A stretch of 64,000 nt of DNA from assembly GCA_043228905.1 (NCBI GenBank), contig JBHGNT010000012.1:12586001-12650000 (forward strand), given 5' to 3'. The notes beneath the pieces are model-generated. The model was given only the letters and a program-made list of their open reading frames with translations. It searched no databases and had not been told where the DNA came from. The position numbers and the translations under genes were made by a program. Of the stretch, positions 59,906 through 64,000 are shown piece after piece. Source of the DNA: Azolla caroliniana. Its lineage: Eukaryota; Plantae; Polypodiophyta. Position 1 is the stretch's first letter, and every line of letters starts with the position of its first letter.

Positions 59906-62234
59906 AGTAAACTAATTGCAATAATAATAATAATAATAAGATTTGACCATGTGTAGATTTTATCCATCGTGAGCACAAGCATGTGTTCGTTTGCATATGT
60001 ATTTTTTATTTGATTGATTGAGAAGAAGGATAAATGGATTGGGAGAACTAAGTTGACGATAGTGAAAATTGATGAATAGAAAGATTTCACTTAAACTTTG
60101 GTGGTCTTTATGTACACAATAACTAATCACATCTTGGCAAATGAGTTACTTGTTTCTTCTTGATTGTTATATTGGTAGGGAAAGAGAGATTGAGATCTTA
60201 GGTTAATCAATAGAACAAAGTCGACGGTTGTAGAGGTGGGTGATGTTGATGAAGACTCTCAAATGCTAATAAAGTTTAAAGAAACCAAATGCTTATTATG
60301 TATTTTGTCAAATTATGGATTTAGGCTATAGTTCAGGGATCTTTACCTATGTCAATCCTAACCTATGCCAATAGATGAGAAAACTTGGGTTGATTGGTGC
60401 TCGAATGGTAATATGCATTTCTTATTACTTGATACTAATATATTATACTATCATTCAATAGCACCACTTGGTTGGTTGTCATGTAAAGTAAAAAAATGAG
60501 TGGAATATACACAAATATGATGTAGGTTGGCGGAAACTTTTGCTACGTAGTTGTAATTTAGATCAAAGGTTTTCTATAGGAGTTCTCACTTGAAGTTCAA
60601 CTTTGAAGAGAGATTTGGGAACAAACACATGCTTTTATAGCATGGTTTAATTGCAGATAGTCCTCGCCAATTTATTTAATGCCTTATTACTTGTAAGATT
60701 TGGATTTTATGTTGGGTTACTTCATGCCTACACACTAGGTCACCCATAATATAAACAAAATGGCCCAAATGGTAAGATGGAGATCATTGTTAACTTTTTC
60801 AAGTATTGGGCATTGTGGCATAGTTGGGATATGTGTAATGCTTAGTGTCAATTGAGAATGTCCCACCACTTAAATAGTGAGGGTAGATAACATGTATAGT
60901 CATTGTGGTTTTACATACAATATAACTATATGTTTTTACCAGAGAGAGAGAGAGAGTTCTTATTGCTGCAAGGTCGTGGGTTCAATAACCGTAAAGGAAA
61001 ACCTAATGGGTTTGTGTGTAAATGTAGATGTGGATGGACATGCATAGTATTTATGGCGTTGACATAGTGCTATATGGTCAATTGCAACTTGGACACTTTG
61101 AAGTTTTCAGATTGGTATCCATCTAATATGATTATATTAGCCGAAAGAGATGGTATAATATGGTTATTCAGGCCTCAAAGTATTGTTTGCATGCATGCTT
61201 TGGAATCTGGATTATTAGCTAACGCTTACTTATGAATGTCTCCAAGTATAACCTTATCTGAAAATTGGACACAACCAAATCCATGAGAGATGATTAGTAA
61301 GATTTACCAACATGATATACGTCTAATCCATTGGATAACATGAAATCATTAATTTGATTTACCAAAGATTTGATAGTGTAGGAATATAAGTTCTAGTATG
61401 TTTTTGTGTGTGCCATTACACTTCATTGTTAATGCTGATGGTTTAATCCTATGTACAAAATCTATGTGAGGTCATTAGCTAGATTCACCAACAAGCATAT
61501 AATTTAGGCATAACATTTTGGTTTATTTGATTCATGGTAGCATGAGCCTAGAACTACACCCTTTGTATATGCATGGTAAATTGTAATATTATAATATGAG
61601 GTCTTCTCTTTGAGAAACAAAGTATAGCTTAGATATGCATGACAACTTATGTGTTTCCAAAATTTCTAATCGGAGAGGATGGAGGCTCCAAGGATATCTT
61701 TTTAACATAAAACCAAATACGCATATTTATTCACTTTTCCCGCTTCCTCTATTCATTTGATGATGTGTTTGTTGGTATAGGCCTTTGTTAATGGTTCATA
61801 GGAATCTTTTTTTAGGCTCCACTTGAATGTTTGGAGAAGTGGACATGATTGCATTGAAATGACTTGTCTTCTAGGAACAGCTAACATGACTCACTGTAAG
61901 CTTCAAATAACACAGAAAATGTAAGTGGAGGTGGGATGTGTGTGGGCATGACTGCACAACAATTAGGAGAAACACGAGAAAAAACAGCAAAATGGTAGAG
62001 GCCCGCACAACATAGAAACTAGAGAAGATTAAGTAGTCATGAGTGGTGAAGCAAAAAATAAACTGGACGAGTCTGTCTGTCTGTCTGGGGAGAAACGGAG
62101 TGAATGTTAAACCGGAATGAGAAGTGAGTCATATTTGGGTTGGGCCATGGTCAAAAGAAAAGAAAGGAGCTTGACTCCCTAAGTCTTGAGTTCTTGGGTA
62201 TATTTAAAGTGTGACTTAAATATGTATAGGGTTG

Positions 62235-62236
<2 letters not shown>

Positions 62237-62268
<32 letters not shown>
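62237..62268. repeat. (TAA)n microsatellite
   Basis: About 10 units. Confidence 0.9.
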
Positions 62269-63799
62269 TTCCATCCATCAATCACAATCGTTAAACGAAG
62301 GTCTCTATTTAAGGCATTTCATTTTTGTATGGACCAGTCACCAGCTGCTATGCCTACATATACATGCTAACCAAGCCTAGTCTAGCCTAGCCTAACCTAG
62401 ACTACCTACCATTTATTAGCCTTCCATTGCGTCAAATGTCTAAATCAACCTATGTTTCCTTTCTCACCTTCTACGGATACGTACGTAGGTACGTATGCCT
62501 AGCGACTTATATAGACGCAGTTTTGGGGATTCAGTTTTAAATTAAACATAAATAGGTTTTCCCGGGTCCACACTGAGGCATGCAATTTTATTAAGCTTCC
62601 AATAAAAAAGCAACGAGAGAGAATGAGAGAGTCCTTTTCCATCATCATCTTCTTCTTGATGCATTTTGTATGATTCAAATAAAAAATATCAAATAAAATG
62701 CATTTTGTATGCATTTTGTTGTAGCTCCCTTTGTATTGTTGGCTATTTCATTTGTTGAAGTAGGGAGTCACAAGAAGAATAGGTATTCAAACACACAAAT
62801 CCAACAAAATCTTTTGAAACATATGAATTTTTTTGTGTTTTGTGGCGTTAGGATAATGTCAACATGCATATGCTTTTTATTCCACAACTTGTAAAACGAG
62901 GATCCAAGTGCTAAGGTACGTGTTGTTATTAGGGATATGAGGTTGTTGACATTGGAGGTGATTGCTTCAAGAAATGCAATTCTAGAGCTTGCACACGAGC
63001 AATTTCCCTTCGTTCTTGTATTGTTGTGTTCAACGAACAATATGAGCTTGCATGGGAGAGGCTTTGTGCTCTTCAGTAGTTGGAGTAAGGCAACATAAGA
63101 TCTAAAAGGGTTTTTACATAAATTTTTCAACATGTGGAATTGCCCTCATGTTTCCCTACCTTGGTTAGTGTTATGAGCTTATGCAAGCAAAGGTTCCACA
63201 TTCTATCGAGTGAGAAGGGTTTTATCAAATTGGGAAAAGCGATCACCTCCTCATGCTCAATATGATGCTCAATGTTAATGGACTTTCTGAAAGGTGAGGT
63301 CAATGTACTTTGCCAAGTGTGGCATGTGACATGAAGCTTCAAAAGAAATGAGAAATGACTTTCTTTTGGTCGTGATTTTGTACAAAGTTGAACAATATGA
63401 GCCTATGAAGATGAGCTTCCATACACACATGTTTCCCTATTCGTCCTAACGGGGTATGCTCCATCTTGGGAACAACCAAACCGAACGTCATGACTAGCTC
63501 TACATGCTCTGTATTGCTTATATATAAGTCATGGCAATGCGTTGCTCCCTGTCGAGATAATAGTCAAATTTCTCGATGATACAAAGAGGGAGATACTTCA
63601 TTATCGTCAATGCTCATCCAAAGGAGTAACGAAATGGCAGGGTGTGTGTGTTTGTATTTCTTTTTCGGGGGGGGGGGGGTGTGGGGGTCCAATGTGATGA
63701 TGACTACGACAAGGGAGGGAGGGAGGTTCCACGGAGTGAGTGTGAGTGAACGCAAAAGTGTGAAGTCGAAAGAACACATGGCATGGCAAACAAAAGAGT

Positions 63800-63840
63800 A
63801 TGTATGTGTGTGTGTGTGTGTGTGTATGTTGTGTGTGTGA
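63800..63840. repeat. (TG)n microsatellite
   Basis: Direct inspection. Confidence 0.88.
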
Positions 63841-64000
63841 GAGGAGGAGGAGTAGGTAGTGGGTAGGTTTAGTTGCAGTAGGCTCTCAAGTGTGTGTGAG
63901 TGGAAGATCAAAGTCTCCCAAGCATGCGAGACAGAAAAAGCCTCTGCTAATTAACAATACTACTAGAAAGAGAAGAAAAGAGAGAGAGAGACAGACAGAG

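Noticed and set aside
60968-60992. B-box-like GGTTCAATAACC
   Set aside because: Isolated, with no A box or cloverleaf
59911-64000. Host gene or DNA transposon in the AT-rich flank
   Set aside because: Short ORFs have no recognisable motifs; small exons cannot be excluded without a search

Overview
Eukaryotic (plant) intergenic or heterochromatic DNA made almost entirely of nested LTR retrotransposons. The Tcn1-like chromoviruses and the Copia gag type suggest a non-seed land plant (inference). Bases 1-10364 hold truncated Copia and Gypsy pieces. An old Copia (E, 10381-59905) carries a stack up to five levels deep, resolved by LTR pairs and target-site duplications (TSDs): E>F>G, E>C>D>B>(I/J fusion), and C>Z>(X/Y composite). 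Only Copia G (14551-19892) is structurally complete with an intact 1357-aa polyprotein. 59911-64000 is AT-rich with microsatellites and no gene I can support. Main novelty: three non-chromoviral Gypsy-related families with unrelated LTRs (J, X, Y) have no polypurine tract (PPT). At the PPT position they instead carry a conserved ~40-nt sense-strand mimic of a tRNA-Arg 3' half ending in CCA, 2 nt before the 3' LTR. Family Y also has a normal tRNA-Arg primer-binding site (PBS). This suggests a dual-tRNA or tRNA-mimic priming system. The non-autonomous Y element has captured an eEF1A fragment. Element letters are my own labels. Lineage and tRNA assignments are from memory, not from searches.
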